Shown here: one piece after another, positions 9,192 through 18,687 of the stretch
Numbering within the stretch: position 1 is the first letter of the stretch
Layout: each line of letters starts with the position of its first letter
NCBI GenBank assembly: GCA_963737065.1
Contig: CAVTRC010000001.1
Span: forward strand, 320,001-384,000
Reading direction: 5' to 3'
Source of the DNA: Candidatus Eremiobacteria bacterium
Lineage (GTDB): Bacteria; Vulcanimicrobiota; Vulcanimicrobiia; Vulcanimicrobiales; Vulcanimicrobiaceae
Length of the DNA stretch: 64,000 nucleotides
The notes under the pieces: model-generated
Told to the model about the DNA's origin: nothing
Database searches by the model: none
Seen by the model: the letters and a program-made list of their open reading frames with translations, nothing else
Program-made: the position numbers and the translations under genes

Positions 9192-10916
9192 ATGCCGGAA
9201 ACCGCCCACAAGACGAGCCTGCCAGAACTGCGGCACACCGCGGCGCACGTGCTCGCGTATGCCGTTCAGGACCTCTTCCCCGAAGCGAGGCCGACCATCG
9301 GCCCGGCAATCGAGAACGGCTTCTACTACGATTTCGACCGCGAGACGCCGTTTACGCCGGACGACCTCGAACGCCTCGAAGCGCGAATGCGCGAGATCGT
9401 GGCCGAAAACTATGAAATGACGAGCGAGGAAGTCACCCGGGACGAAGCAATCGCGCGTTTCAAGAACAATTCTTATAAGGAAGAGATTGCGCGGGCGATT
9501 CCGGAGGGCGAGCCGATCACGCTCTACACGATCGGCGAGTTTACGGATCTCTGCCGCGGCGGCCACGCGCAGTGGACCGGCGAAATCGGCGCGCTGCGGC
9601 TGCTCAACGTCGCGGGCGCCTACTGGCGCGGCCACGAGCAGAACCCGATGCTCCAACGCATCTACGGCACCGCGTGGCACGATCAGACCGAACTCGATCG
9701 GTACGTCACGCAGATCGAAGAAGCGCAAAAGCGCGATCACCGCAAGCTCGGCGTCGAGCTCGATCTTTTTTCCATTGAAGAGGACGCCGGCGCCGGGCTC
9801 GTCTTTTGGCATCCGAAAGGCGCGATCGTGCGCGGCATTATCGAGCAATTCATACGCGAAGGATTGCGCGACCGCGGATACGAGCCCGTCGTCACGCCGC
9901 ACGTCGTGAGCGAGAAACTCTACGAGATCTCCGGACATCTCGAGAACTACGCACACGGCATGTTCGGCGCTCTTGAAGTCGAGCAGCAACGCTTCCGCCT
10001 CAAACCGATGAACTGCCCCGGCCACATTCTGATCTATCGCAGCCGTCAGCATAGTTATCGCGAACTGCCGGTTCGTTATTCCGAGTTCGGTACCGTCTAC
10101 CGCTACGAACGCTCGGGCGTCATGCACGGTCTAACGCGCGTGCGCGGATTCACGCAAGACGACGCGCACTTATTCTGCATGCCCGAACAATTGCAAGGCG
10201 AATTCGAACAGACACTCGATGAAGCGTTGCGGCTCATGAAAGCATTCGGCTTTCACGACTTCGAGTACGTCATATCGACGCGCGAACCGCAGATGCGCGG
10301 CGAAACCGATGCGGTCGGCGAAGAGGCGATCCGCAAGGCGCTGGACCGTTATGAATTGCAGTATTCGGTCGATGAGGGCGGCGGGGCGTTCTACGGACCG
10401 AAGCTCGATATCAACGTCCGCGATGCAATCGGACGCAAATGGCAACTCGGCACGGTGCAAGTCGACTTCGTTTTACCAAAACGTTTCGATCTGAAATATC
10501 GCGGCGCCGACGGCGTGGACCATACGCCCGTAATGATTCATCGCGCGCTCGCCGGATCGCTCGAACGCTTCTTCGGCATCCTCATCGAGCATTATGGCGG
10601 CGCGTTCCCCGCTTGGCTTGCTCCGATTCAAGCGGTCGTCGCACCGATCTCCGAAAACCAACTCGAATACGCGAAACAAATCGGGGCGCGATTGCACGGC
10701 TTGGGCTTTCGCGCGCACGTCGATGAAACGAACGAGAAGCTAGGTTATAAGATTCGTCATTGGAAGACGCAGAAAGTGCCGTACATCCTCGTCGTTGGTA
10801 AACAAGAAGCCGCGGACGGCACGGTGAACGTAAACGAACGTTCTTCGGAGAAACGCACCGTTTCGATTGCCGGCTTTACCGAAGAACTCCGCCGAAAGGT
10901 CGACGCCCGCGAATGA
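9192..10916 (+). CDS. thrS: Threonine--tRNA ligase (form lacking the N-terminal TGS domain)
   Basis: RHTAAH, DLCRGGH, RDHRKLG, KPMNCPGH, RVRGFTQDDAH, GAFYGPK and MIHRA motifs, plus the anticodon-binding domain. Confidence 0.97.
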   Translation: MPETAHKTSLPELRHTAAHVLAYAVQDLFPEARPTIGPAIENGFYYDFDRETPFTPDDLERLEARMREIVAENYEMTSEEVTRDEAIARFKNNSYKEEIARAIPEGEPITLYTIGEFTDLCRGGHAQWTGEIGALRLLNVAGAYWRGHEQNPMLQRIYGTAWHDQTELDRYVTQIEEAQKRDHRKLGVELDLFSIEEDAGAGLVFWHPKGAIVRGIIEQFIREGLRDRGYEPVVTPHVVSEKLYEISGHLENYAHGMFGALEVEQQRFRLKPMNCPGHILIYRSRQHSYRELPVRYSEFGTVYRYERSGVMHGLTRVRGFTQDDAHLFCMPEQLQGEFEQTLDEALRLMKAFGFHDFEYVISTREPQMRGETDAVGEEAIRKALDRYELQYSVDEGGGAFYGPKLDINVRDAIGRKWQLGTVQVDFVLPKRFDLKYRGADGVDHTPVMIHRALAGSLERFFGILIEHYGGAFPAWLAPIQAVVAPISENQLEYAKQIGARLHGLGFRAHVDETNEKLGYKIRHWKTQKVPYILVVGKQEAADGTVNVNERSSEKRTVSIAGFTEELRRKVDARE

Positions 10917-11878
10917 AACCCCGTCTCACCCTGAGCCTCTCGAAGGGTCTGCTCGCACTAACGCTCGCTGCGTGTCAAGGGAGCTTTGGTTCCGGCGGAA
11001 CCGAGGCACCGGGCGGCATGGGGCCGCCGATCAATCCACAGACGGCGCAGCAAGGACCCGCGAACATGACGCCGCCGCCGATGAGTCCCTCGCCGGGCGA
11101 GGGCGGCCCGACGCCGGGCCCGAGCGGTTTCGCGTCGTTTGCATTCAGCGATGCGCCGAACGGCATCAGCTGTCCCGAAGATCAAGGATTCTCGTGCAAG
11201 CTCCGGTTCAACGTGACCGATGAAACCGCAAAGACAAAGGCCGGAGCAAAAGCATCTGCGTCGCCGTCGCCGTTACCATCGGGATCGGCCGATCCGAATG
11301 ACGTCGCCGATCTCGGCGAACTGATGCAACCGCCCGACGCATCGACCTCGCCCGGCGCGTCATCATCGCCTTCAGCGTCACCGTCGCCCGCCGCGTCCAT
11401 TCCACACATCATGATCGCGTCGTCGGCGATGCCCAAAAATGCGCCGAAGATGATCGATCCGAATCCAAAAGCGCTCGCGACGGTCGCGTTGATGCAAGTT
11501 CGATTGAAGACCGACGCAGACGAAATTTTGCATGGCAAAGCAATTGCCGAGTTCACGTTGCCGAAGGAGCAAATCGGCGGACGCGGATTCGCGCTTCAGC
11601 TCTTCCGCGAAACGGAGAAAAAGAAAAAACGCACCGACGACTTCGTCGGCAACTATTCGCAGTCAAAGCTCGATAAAGAGACGCTGCGCTTTCAGTTAAC
11701 GCTACCGAAAGTTCAAGTGAATAAAAACGAGACGTGGCTGCTCGTACTTTACGGTGACGAACTGCCGAGCGCGAGCGCCTCACCGGGAGCAAGTGCATCG
11801 CCGAGTGCGAGCGCTTCGCCGGGTGCAAGTCCGCAAGCGGGGGTAAGCGCTTCACCGGCGGCGAGCATGAATCCGTGA
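10913..11878 (+). CDS. Pro/Ser-rich lipoprotein of unknown function
   Basis: Lipobox LAAC and ASASPG repeats. ATGA overlap with thrS. Confidence 0.7.
   Translation: MKPRLTLSLSKGLLALTLAACQGSFGSGGTEAPGGMGPPINPQTAQQGPANMTPPPMSPSPGEGGPTPGPSGFASFAFSDAPNGISCPEDQGFSCKLRFNVTDETAKTKAGAKASASPSPLPSGSADPNDVADLGELMQPPDASTSPGASSSPSASPSPAASIPHIMIASSAMPKNAPKMIDPNPKALATVALMQVRLKTDADEILHGKAIAEFTLPKEQIGGRGFALQLFRETEKKKKRTDDFVGNYSQSKLDKETLRFQLTLPKVQVNKNETWLLVLYGDELPSASASPGASASPSASASPGASPQAGVSASPAASMNP
10926..10947 (+). repeat. REP-like motif, copy 1 (TCACCCTGAGCCTCTCGAAGGG), inside a signal peptide
   Basis: Near-identical to the copy at 34157 and similar to the copy at 38241. Confidence 0.55.
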
Positions 11879-13098
11879 CCTCGGCGGCGAGGAAAACGTT
11901 CGTCGCGAGCTTCCTCGGGTGGACGCTGGACGCATACGACTTTTTCCTCGTCATCGTCGTCGTGCCGCATCTCGCACACGATTTCGCCCGCTCAATTACC
12001 GACATCGCGATCGCGTCGACGCTCACGCTTGCACTGCGCCCCGTCGGCGCGTTTATTTTCGGCTGGTTCGCCGATCGTTACGGCCGGCGTACACCGCTGA
12101 TGGTCGACATCGCGTTGTACTCGTTGATCGAACTGCTGACTGCGTTCTCGCCGAACTTTACCGTCTTTCTGATTCTTCGCGCGATCTTCGGCATCGCGAT
12201 GGGCGGCGAGTGGGGACTCGGGGCTGCGCTCGCGATGGAGTCGCTACCCGCTAAACGACGCGGCTTGTACTCGGGAATTCTGCAAGAAGGCTACGCGGTT
12301 GGCAACCTGCTTGCGGGGCTGACATACGGATTGCTCTTCGAGTCGATCGGATGGCGCGGCATGTTCGTCATTGGTGCGGTTCCGGCGCTGCTGATTCTCT
12401 ACATCCGCACGCAAGTTCCCGAATCCCCCGCGTGGCAGGCAAAAGAAGCCGATCGACTTGCTCTGGGGACCGACGTTTTGCTCGACGCAGCGAAGCGCTT
12501 CTTCCCGCTGTTTCTCTACGGCGTGGTGTTCATGGCAATGTTCAACTTCATGTCGCACGCCACGCAAGATCCGTACGCAACCTTCTTGATTGCGCAGCAT
12601 CATTTCGACCCGCATCAGGTCGCAATTGTCAACACGATTGCGGCGCTCGGGGCCATCCTCGGCGGCATCGCGTTCGGCGCATTGTCGCAACGCATCGGCC
12701 GCCGGCTCGGAATTACGATCGCGGCCGTCCTCGTGGCGTTCGCGATTCCGCTTTGGGCATTTAGTTCCACAATAGCAATGCTCGCGCTCGGCGGATTCAT
12801 CATGCAATTCATGGTGCAGGGCGCATGGGGTATCATCCCGGCACACTTAAACGAAATCGCGCCGCCGCTCGCACGCGGAACGTTTCCCGGGTTCGTCTAT
12901 CAATTGGGAAACCTAATCGCATCGGGCACGCTTCCGATCATTACATCGCTCGCGGCAACGCAATTCGTCACCCCGTTCGGACCCGATTACGGCAAAGCGA
13001 TGGCGCTGTTCACGCTACTCGCAGTGATCGGCGTCGTCGTATTCACCGGCATCGGTTTCGCCGTTCGCTCCGAACACCGCGAAGAGTCATTCGTATAA
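11875..13098 (+). CDS. MFS transporter, sialate/carboxylate:H+ symporter (NanT/Jen1-like) family
   Basis: GWTLDAYDFF, ADRYGRR, GIAMGGEWG, NFMSHATQDPY and QGAWGIIPAHLNE motifs. Confidence 0.9.
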   Translation: MTSAARKTFVASFLGWTLDAYDFFLVIVVVPHLAHDFARSITDIAIASTLTLALRPVGAFIFGWFADRYGRRTPLMVDIALYSLIELLTAFSPNFTVFLILRAIFGIAMGGEWGLGAALAMESLPAKRRGLYSGILQEGYAVGNLLAGLTYGLLFESIGWRGMFVIGAVPALLILYIRTQVPESPAWQAKEADRLALGTDVLLDAAKRFFPLFLYGVVFMAMFNFMSHATQDPYATFLIAQHHFDPHQVAIVNTIAALGAILGGIAFGALSQRIGRRLGITIAAVLVAFAIPLWAFSSTIAMLALGGFIMQFMVQGAWGIIPAHLNEIAPPLARGTFPGFVYQLGNLIASGTLPIITSLAATQFVTPFGPDYGKAMALFTLLAVIGVVVFTGIGFAVRSEHREESFV

Positions 13099-13357
13099 TC
13101 GCGAGCGTATGCGGGCGCCCCGTTATCATCGGACAAACCGCTCATGGTCGTCACCGGATGGTAAAAGCTTTCTTTCAATAACGGTGATCAATGGCGTCAA
13201 AGCGATCGATACGTCTTCCATCGGTCGCTCATACCGCGCGACAACGATTTGCGGTGGCCAAGAAGCGTTCGAAATCATCCGAAAGCCTATCTTTGCCCCT
13301 CGCCGAATCAAAGCTCCGCTAAGAGGATGGCGCCAGATCGTTGCTGGGCGCCTGCCG

Positions 13358-13386
13358 TTGCAACATCGGGCGTTCTGCGGTATGAT
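13358..13386 (+). promoter_or_regulatory. Sigma70 promoter giving a probably leaderless TA transcript
   Basis: TTGCAA-N17-TATGAT, with the ATG 6 nt after the -10 element. Confidence 0.55.
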
Positions 13387-13392
13387 GGACAA

Positions 13393-13845
13393 ATGGCCAC
13401 TGAGGCTTGGACAAATGTCCCCCACCAGCCCTCCGACCGGATCATAGTTCAATTACTGAACGGCTGCGACGTCTCCGATTCAGAGGTTGTCGATGCAGTG
13501 TCACGGTCGTTCAACGTTGATGCCGTACGCGCACTCTTTGCGACCGGCCTCAGCGTCGAAGAGGTAGCGAAAGTGCTCGGCCTCAGCGACCGCACGCTTC
13601 GGCGCTACTTGAAGAACGGAAACGCCCCTCTCAGTCTCGTCGAAAGCGACCGACTTGTTCGCATTGCTCGGATCCTCGGGTTCGCCTTCGCCGCCTTCGG
13701 CGACCACGTGAAGGCGCTGGGATGGCTCCGCACACCGGTATGGGCCGTCGGGAACCGCGTTCCCCTTGATCTGATCGCGATTGAGAGCGGCGTACAGATG
13801 GTCCGTCAATCGCTTAGCGCAATTGCGTACGGAGGCGTCGCCTGA
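13393..13845 (+). CDS. Xre/MbcA/ParS-type antitoxin
   Basis: HTH (LSVEEVAKVLGLSDRTLRR), LSLVESDRLVRIARI and AFGD...WLRTP...P LDL...G motifs. Confidence 0.9.
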   Translation: MATEAWTNVPHQPSDRIIVQLLNGCDVSDSEVVDAVSRSFNVDAVRALFATGLSVEEVAKVLGLSDRTLRRYLKNGNAPLSLVESDRLVRIARILGFAFAAFGDHVKALGWLRTPVWAVGNRVPLDLIAIESGVQMVRQSLSAIAYGGVA

Positions 13846-14315
13846 TTCAAGTCGCGCGCCTGACTCGCGCCGTTCACGCGAAAACCGCGCGCGACGCGTT
13901 TTACGGCCAGGGCGCATACAACAACGGAGCGCGATGGAACAACGCTGGGACGCGAGTCGCTTACGCGGCACAATCAGCGTCGCTTGCGATTCTCGAAACG
14001 CTTGTCCACATCGAGGAACGGCGATACGCCCCGAGCGATTACGTTCTTGCGTACGCAACAATCCCGGACGAGATCATTCGTCAACTGCAACAACTGCCCG
14101 ATGGTTGGCGCGAAGCAGCAGGGAACGAGCGAACGAAGCGCGTCGGCGATAAGTTCGTACATGCGCGTGCAAGTGCAGTGCTTGCGGTGCCTTCCGTCAT
14201 CGTGCCGAATGAGTGGAACTATCTACTGAACCCGGCGCATGAGGACTTTACACGCATTACGATTGTCGAAGGGATGGAGCCGTTCACGTTCGACGAGCGA
14301 CTGTTCGCGGCATAA
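13842..14315 (+). CDS. RES-domain toxin (NAD+ phosphorylase-like) with a CTG start; absent from the ORF track
   Basis: 157-aa open frame: LIQVARL...GARWN...YAAQSASLAILETLVH...VPSVIVPNEWNYLLNPAH...FDERLF. GGAGG lies 6 nt before the CTG, and CTGA overlaps the antitoxin stop. Confidence 0.9.
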   Translation: MIQVARLTRAVHAKTARDAFYGQGAYNNGARWNNAGTRVAYAAQSASLAILETLVHIEERRYAPSDYVLAYATIPDEIIRQLQQLPDGWREAAGNERTKRVGDKFVHARASAVLAVPSVIVPNEWNYLLNPAHEDFTRITIVEGMEPFTFDERLFAA

Positions 14316-14649
14316 CGGCGTGGTGGCCGTTCCACGCATTTAGGAAGCGTGCCCTGAAGTGGCCCATTGAGCTAGGACACGCAAATTCGCTAACCAACCC
14401 GAGCGAAATCTGCGATAAGACGTGCCCTACTACTGGCATAGGGCCGGTCTACAATGTCGTGCGGCAGGGGGTGACGATCAGAAATGCATGCCGTGGACGC
14501 TTTTTTTGTGACGGTTTACCACGCAGCTGCCGCGATCAGCGCGGTGCTCGCCGTGAGCGGTAGCGTGTGGGCGCTTATGCACAGCATCCGTGCGAAAGGA
14601 CAGTGCCGCGGCGCCCGTCACAATCGCTCCACCCGCACGTTGCGCGGGC

Positions 14650-15518
14650 ATGGAAGAGCGGGAGTGGATTCGCCGCACCTATCGGCCGATCGCTTTTCAT
14701 GCACGCAAGACGAGTCGCGATCGCGGCTGGCGTGGTCTTGATGCGGTGTTGTGGGACGCGAGCGACGGTTACTCCGATGACTACTTCGTCGATCACAGCA
14801 TCAGCATGCACGTCGGCACGCCGGTAATCGTGGCGAGCCGTTGTGACGATCAACGCGTACATCGTTTGCAGGCCCCGGCGATATCAAAGTCGTGCCCGCG
14901 GGATATTCGCGCATCTGGGAGATCTCCGCGCCGACGAGCAAACTCACCGTCGGCATTACGGCACCGTTTATGCGCGAGACCGCGTCGTCACTCGGCCTCG
15001 ACGCCGACCGCATTGCCATTGCCCCGCAATTGCACGTGAAAGACGCACGCATCGAACGCATCTGTTGGGGACTTCTCGACGAACTGCAATCGGACGCACC
15101 ACTCGGCCGATTATATGCTGAAAGCCTGGGCTGCGCGCTCGCCGTGGGTCTATTGAAAAATTACGGACCAGCGCTACCGCCGCGCACTGCCGCGATTCCG
15201 AAGCGTCGCCTCACACGCGTGCTCGAGCATATTCGCGAGAACATTGCGCGCGATCTCTCGCTCGTCGAACTCGCCGATGTTGCCCGCGTGAGCCCGTCGC
15301 ACTTCAAAGTACTCTTCAAAACGGCGCTCGGCGTTCCCGTTCATCAGTACGTCATCAACGCGCGCCTCGAGCGCGCATTACATCTGCTCGTGCATAGCGA
15401 CACTCCGGTTGCGGACGTCGCATTGCAAGCCGGCTTTGCCAATCAAAGCCATCTCTCGCGCCATATGCGCCGTTTGCACGGCGTCTCTCCCGCGACGATT
15501 CGCCGCCAAGCGCGCTAA
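14650..15518 (+). pseudogene. AraC-family regulator with a single-base frameshift (pseudogene or sequencing error)
   Basis: The N-terminal part (…ISMHVGTP…RLQAP) and C-terminal part (GDIKVVPAG…GRLYAESL…double HTH, GFANQSHL) join if one C is added to the C run at 14873-14876. Colinear with the paralog at 62761. Confidence 0.8.
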
Positions 15519-15530
15519 CTTTTCTCATCT

Positions 15531-15562
15531 CGTCCGATTGTGTTCGCAAACGTCCGATTGTG
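15531..15562 (+). promoter_or_regulatory. Perfect 12-bp direct repeat CGTCCGATTGTG x2 (20-bp period), probable AraC-type site
   Basis: Copies at 15531-15542 and 15551-15562, between the AraC gene and the next gene. Confidence 0.55.
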
Positions 15563-15616
15563 AACGACGGGCGTTGCCTCGTGCTGCTACGTTTCCCAGC
15601 AGCGAGAGGAGACGTC

Positions 15617-16948
15617 ATGAACATACGAGTTTTTCTGTCCCTTGCCGGAGCGCTGTCAATTGCGGCATGCAGCGGCGGCACGACTTCGCAGAACGTCACG
15701 CCACCGTCGTCATCGTCCGCCGTATCGCAAATCGCGACAACGAACCCGCTCTATCAAGTATCGGAGCTGCCGACGTTCGGCGGCGTACTCGGCAACGGCG
15801 CAAGTATCAACCAGCGCGAGTGGGTCGCCGGCGCGGCTGATCCGGCAGGCGACGTCGTCTCGCACGCGGCGCTTTGGATTAACGGAAAAGGCCACGACCT
15901 CGGCACGCTGGGTGGTCCAAACAGCGCGGTTTCATGGCCGAATCTGAACGAGTTCGGTGTTATCTCCGGCATCTCGGAAACGGCGCAGATGAACAGATAT
16001 AAAGAGCCGTGGAGTTGCACGGGATTCTTTCTGCCCGTCACAACGCCGACGGGCCACGTCTGCGTCGGCTTCAGATGGCAGAACAATATCATGAAAGCGT
16101 TACCAACGCTCGGCGGGCAAGACGGCTATGCAGCCGGTAATAACAACGGCGGCGAAATCGTCGGATGGGCGGAGAACACGGCGCACGATCCGACATGCAC
16201 GAACGGCCAGGTGTTGCAATTCCAACCGGTGATGTGGGACGGATATAACCGCGTCCATCGCTTGCCAACGCTCGCCGGCGATCCGGATGGAGCAGCAACC
16301 GCGATCAACGATCTCGGGGAAGCGGTCGGCATTTCCGGCATCTGCGATCAAGCCGCGGGCCGTTTCACCGCGAAGCATCCGGTAATCTGGCACAACGGGT
16401 ACGTACGCGAACTATTCGATCCCGGCTCGAAATCATGGAACACGCCGCAAGCGATCAACGATCGCGGCGCAGTGACCGGTTTCATCAATATGCCGGGCGC
16501 GGGCGACGACGCGGGAGCGCTGCAACCGATCGCCTTCGTGTGGACGCCTCAACACGGGTTGACGAAGATCCCGCCGCTTTCCGGCGATGCATACAGCTTC
16601 GGCAACGGCATCAACGACGAAGGCGACGTCGTCGGGAACTCCTACGGTCCGAACTTCTCTACCGTACGCGCGTTCATATACCACAACGGAAAATCGGTCG
16701 ACGTGAACGCCCTCGTGCGCAGCGGTACACCGCACCTCGCATTCGCGAACGGCATCGATGATTTCGGAACGATCGTCGGCGAGACCGCTACATCATCTGG
16801 TTTGGGCGCGGCGTTCATCGCACGCTTGCCGATTGGCTGCAACCTCGACGCCGCGATCGCCGCCGCCGCAATGCATCCGTCAATGAGGCCGGTCGTTCTC
16901 TCCGTACAAGCGCGCGAGCAGCTATTACGCAAGTACACGATCCGTTAG
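15617..16948 (+). CDS. Lipoprotein with HAF-type extracellular beta-propeller repeats
   Basis: Lipobox IAAC and repeated DLGTLGG / A..IND.G.VVG / HA.LW units. GAGGAG SD. Confidence 0.85.
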   Translation: MNIRVFLSLAGALSIAACSGGTTSQNVTPPSSSSAVSQIATTNPLYQVSELPTFGGVLGNGASINQREWVAGAADPAGDVVSHAALWINGKGHDLGTLGGPNSAVSWPNLNEFGVISGISETAQMNRYKEPWSCTGFFLPVTTPTGHVCVGFRWQNNIMKALPTLGGQDGYAAGNNNGGEIVGWAENTAHDPTCTNGQVLQFQPVMWDGYNRVHRLPTLAGDPDGAATAINDLGEAVGISGICDQAAGRFTAKHPVIWHNGYVRELFDPGSKSWNTPQAINDRGAVTGFINMPGAGDDAGALQPIAFVWTPQHGLTKIPPLSGDAYSFGNGINDEGDVVGNSYGPNFSTVRAFIYHNGKSVDVNALVRSGTPHLAFANGIDDFGTIVGETATSSGLGAAFIARLPIGCNLDAAIAAAAMHPSMRPVVLSVQAREQLLRKYTIR

Positions 16949-17066
16949 TTCAGGTCGCCGCCCTTCGTATTATGCACTTTCGTGACGATCCACCGGACCA
17001 GAAAGAATCCCGAGATGACGATCGCAACCTGAGCGGCTACTGGCATGTGACTTCTCCCTTTTGACC

Positions 17067-17749
17067 CTATGGACCGTACGACGTATGCGGATGACGTTCC
17101 TTAAAACGCGAGCTGCTCGGAGCGTCGAAATGTGCCGGCGCGGCGCCGACCGAGGCGCCGCTCCATCTGTTGAGCAGCTCGATGATTGTCTTCCAACTGC
17201 GGGCGTCAGCCTCTGCATACGCGCTAGGCGTTCCTCCGAAGCGAAGCACACCGTACGGGGTCTGCAGACGTTCCAAATTGGCGGTTGGCGTATACGGCGC
17301 ATCGATCAGGTGTCCGGCTCCTGGAAAATTTTCAAAGACATCGGTGCGCGCCAGATGTAGATATGGGAGCGCGCGCGAGAAGAGCGCACCCGAGAACCCC
17401 AGCGTGTCGTCGCCGCCCGCAATAATCGCAACTGGACCGTTGATCTTCACGAAATCGATCAGTGCATCTCGAACCGGACGGATGTCGCCGCTATGCAACA
17501 AGGCCTCAATTTCGGGATATGTTGCAAACGGTATCGGTTTCCCATCATATGTCCATGCTGGTTCATTCACTGGACCTTTGCCATAACGCAGGCCCGGCTC
17601 AACAAGCGGACTGGGGACGATGCCGATCGCGATCTTGTTCGCCCTTACGTCACGACGTCGCGCGAGGTAACCCACCGCGTCGGCGACACGCTCTACCGGA
17701 ATGTCAACCAAATCCTTCGGCAAACCCGGTGCACCAAAGTACGCCATTG
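17067..17749 (-). pseudogene. BAAT / acyl-CoA thioesterase C-terminal hydrolase fragment lacking the nucleophile elbow
   Basis: AYFGAPGLP..LVDIPVE, IAGGDD and FPGAGHLI motifs are present. The expected G-x-S-x-G segment between KIAIG and IVPS is missing, and there is no N-terminal domain. Confidence 0.6.
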
Positions 17750-17881
17750 CCCGACGGCGGCGCTGATTCCGCGCAACAGTGACGCCGACAGAAATGCGAG
17801 TTCGGCGCCGCGTGAAACGCCGACGATTGACGTTCAAGCGGGTAGCTCAACAATGCGCCGGAAGCGAATCCGGCCTCACGG

Positions 17882-18547
17882 TCACGTCCGAGTAGCCACC
17901 ACTTCTTTCGTTTGCGACACGGCGTATTTTCCGTACAGCATGTCGGTGTGGATTTTGTAGCCGTGCCCGGCGATATCGAGCGCCGCATGCTTCGGAAGCA
18001 TGTAGCTGCGTTCGCGTTGCTCCTGGATAGCCGCTTTGACGGACCATCCGCCACGCACCGTCCACGTCGCGAGGATCGGCGACGACGGCCCGGCAGCGTC
18101 GATCACGAGGCGCTGGACTTGTGAAGAGCGCGCGCGCGGAACGCCCGCAATAACGTACTGGTGATGTATCGGATCCGCGCTCACGACGTGAAGGTTGTAC
18201 GTCTTGCACCACGTCAGCGGCGTACCGAGTTCGCCGAACAACGACTTGAAGCGCTTCGGGACGCCCTTTCCGTCAAACGCGACGTTCGCCGGCGCTGTAT
18301 AGTGCACGCGCCCGTTCATTCCCATATGAAACGAGAAAATGAATTTGTGGACCGATACCTTCAGCGTCAGCGGCACCTTGTATGCCGCGATCCCGCGGTC
18401 GTTCCCCATCTGCGAAAACAGCGGTACCGCGCTTAAGCCGTCCGAAGGACGCGCTGAACTTGCCGCCCCGGCAAGCGAATTCATCGAAAGTACTGCAGCA
18501 AATGCTGCAGCGACCGGAACCAGATTCTTACGAGGAAGACGACGCAC
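17882..18547 (-). CDS. Secreted hypothetical protein (beta-rich)
   Basis: Signal peptide VRRLPRKNLVPVAAAFAAVLSMNSLAGA. TATAAT lies just upstream of the GTG, suggesting a leaderless mRNA. Confidence 0.6.
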   Translation of the reverse strand: MRRLPRKNLVPVAAAFAAVLSMNSLAGAASSARPSDGLSAVPLFSQMGNDRGIAAYKVPLTLKVSVHKFIFSFHMGMNGRVHYTAPANVAFDGKGVPKRFKSLFGELGTPLTWCKTYNLHVVSADPIHHQYVIAGVPRARSSQVQRLVIDAAGPSSPILATWTVRGGWSVKAAIQEQRERSYMLPKHAALDIAGHGYKIHTDMLYGKYAVSQTKEVVATRT

Positions 18548-18609
18548 GTTTATTATATTCCCACCGCATATACCGCGACCGCGCTGCCCGCGCGGACGTG
18601 CGCGGAAGC

Positions 18610-18625
18610 GGTGACACGTGTCATA
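18610..18625. promoter_or_regulatory. CRP/FNR-like operator GGTGA-N6-TCATA
   Basis: Contains the perfect palindrome TGACACGTGTCA and sits between divergent genes, next to a Crp/Fnr gene. Confidence 0.5.
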
Positions 18626-18687
18626 TGCGCGGCCGGCCGGCGCTGCTAAACGGGTATAAATAATCCAGCAACGTACGGAGGCACACC

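Noticed and set aside
9153..10127. Long antisense ORFs (also 40213-41427, 35341-36363, 45660-46739, 22974-23984)
   Set aside because: They are shadows of well-supported genes on the opposite strand, as expected in GC-rich DNA.
11770..11865. Degenerate 18-bp repeats
   Set aside because: Explained by the ASASPG low-complexity protein tail.
14484..14741. 85-aa ORF with a hydrophobic N-terminus
   Set aside because: It overlaps the AraC start and has no recognisable motif, so the support is insufficient.
17838..17875. GCGGGTAGCTCAAC, resembling a tRNA 5' end
   Set aside because: No anticodon or T-arm and no acceptor pairing follows.
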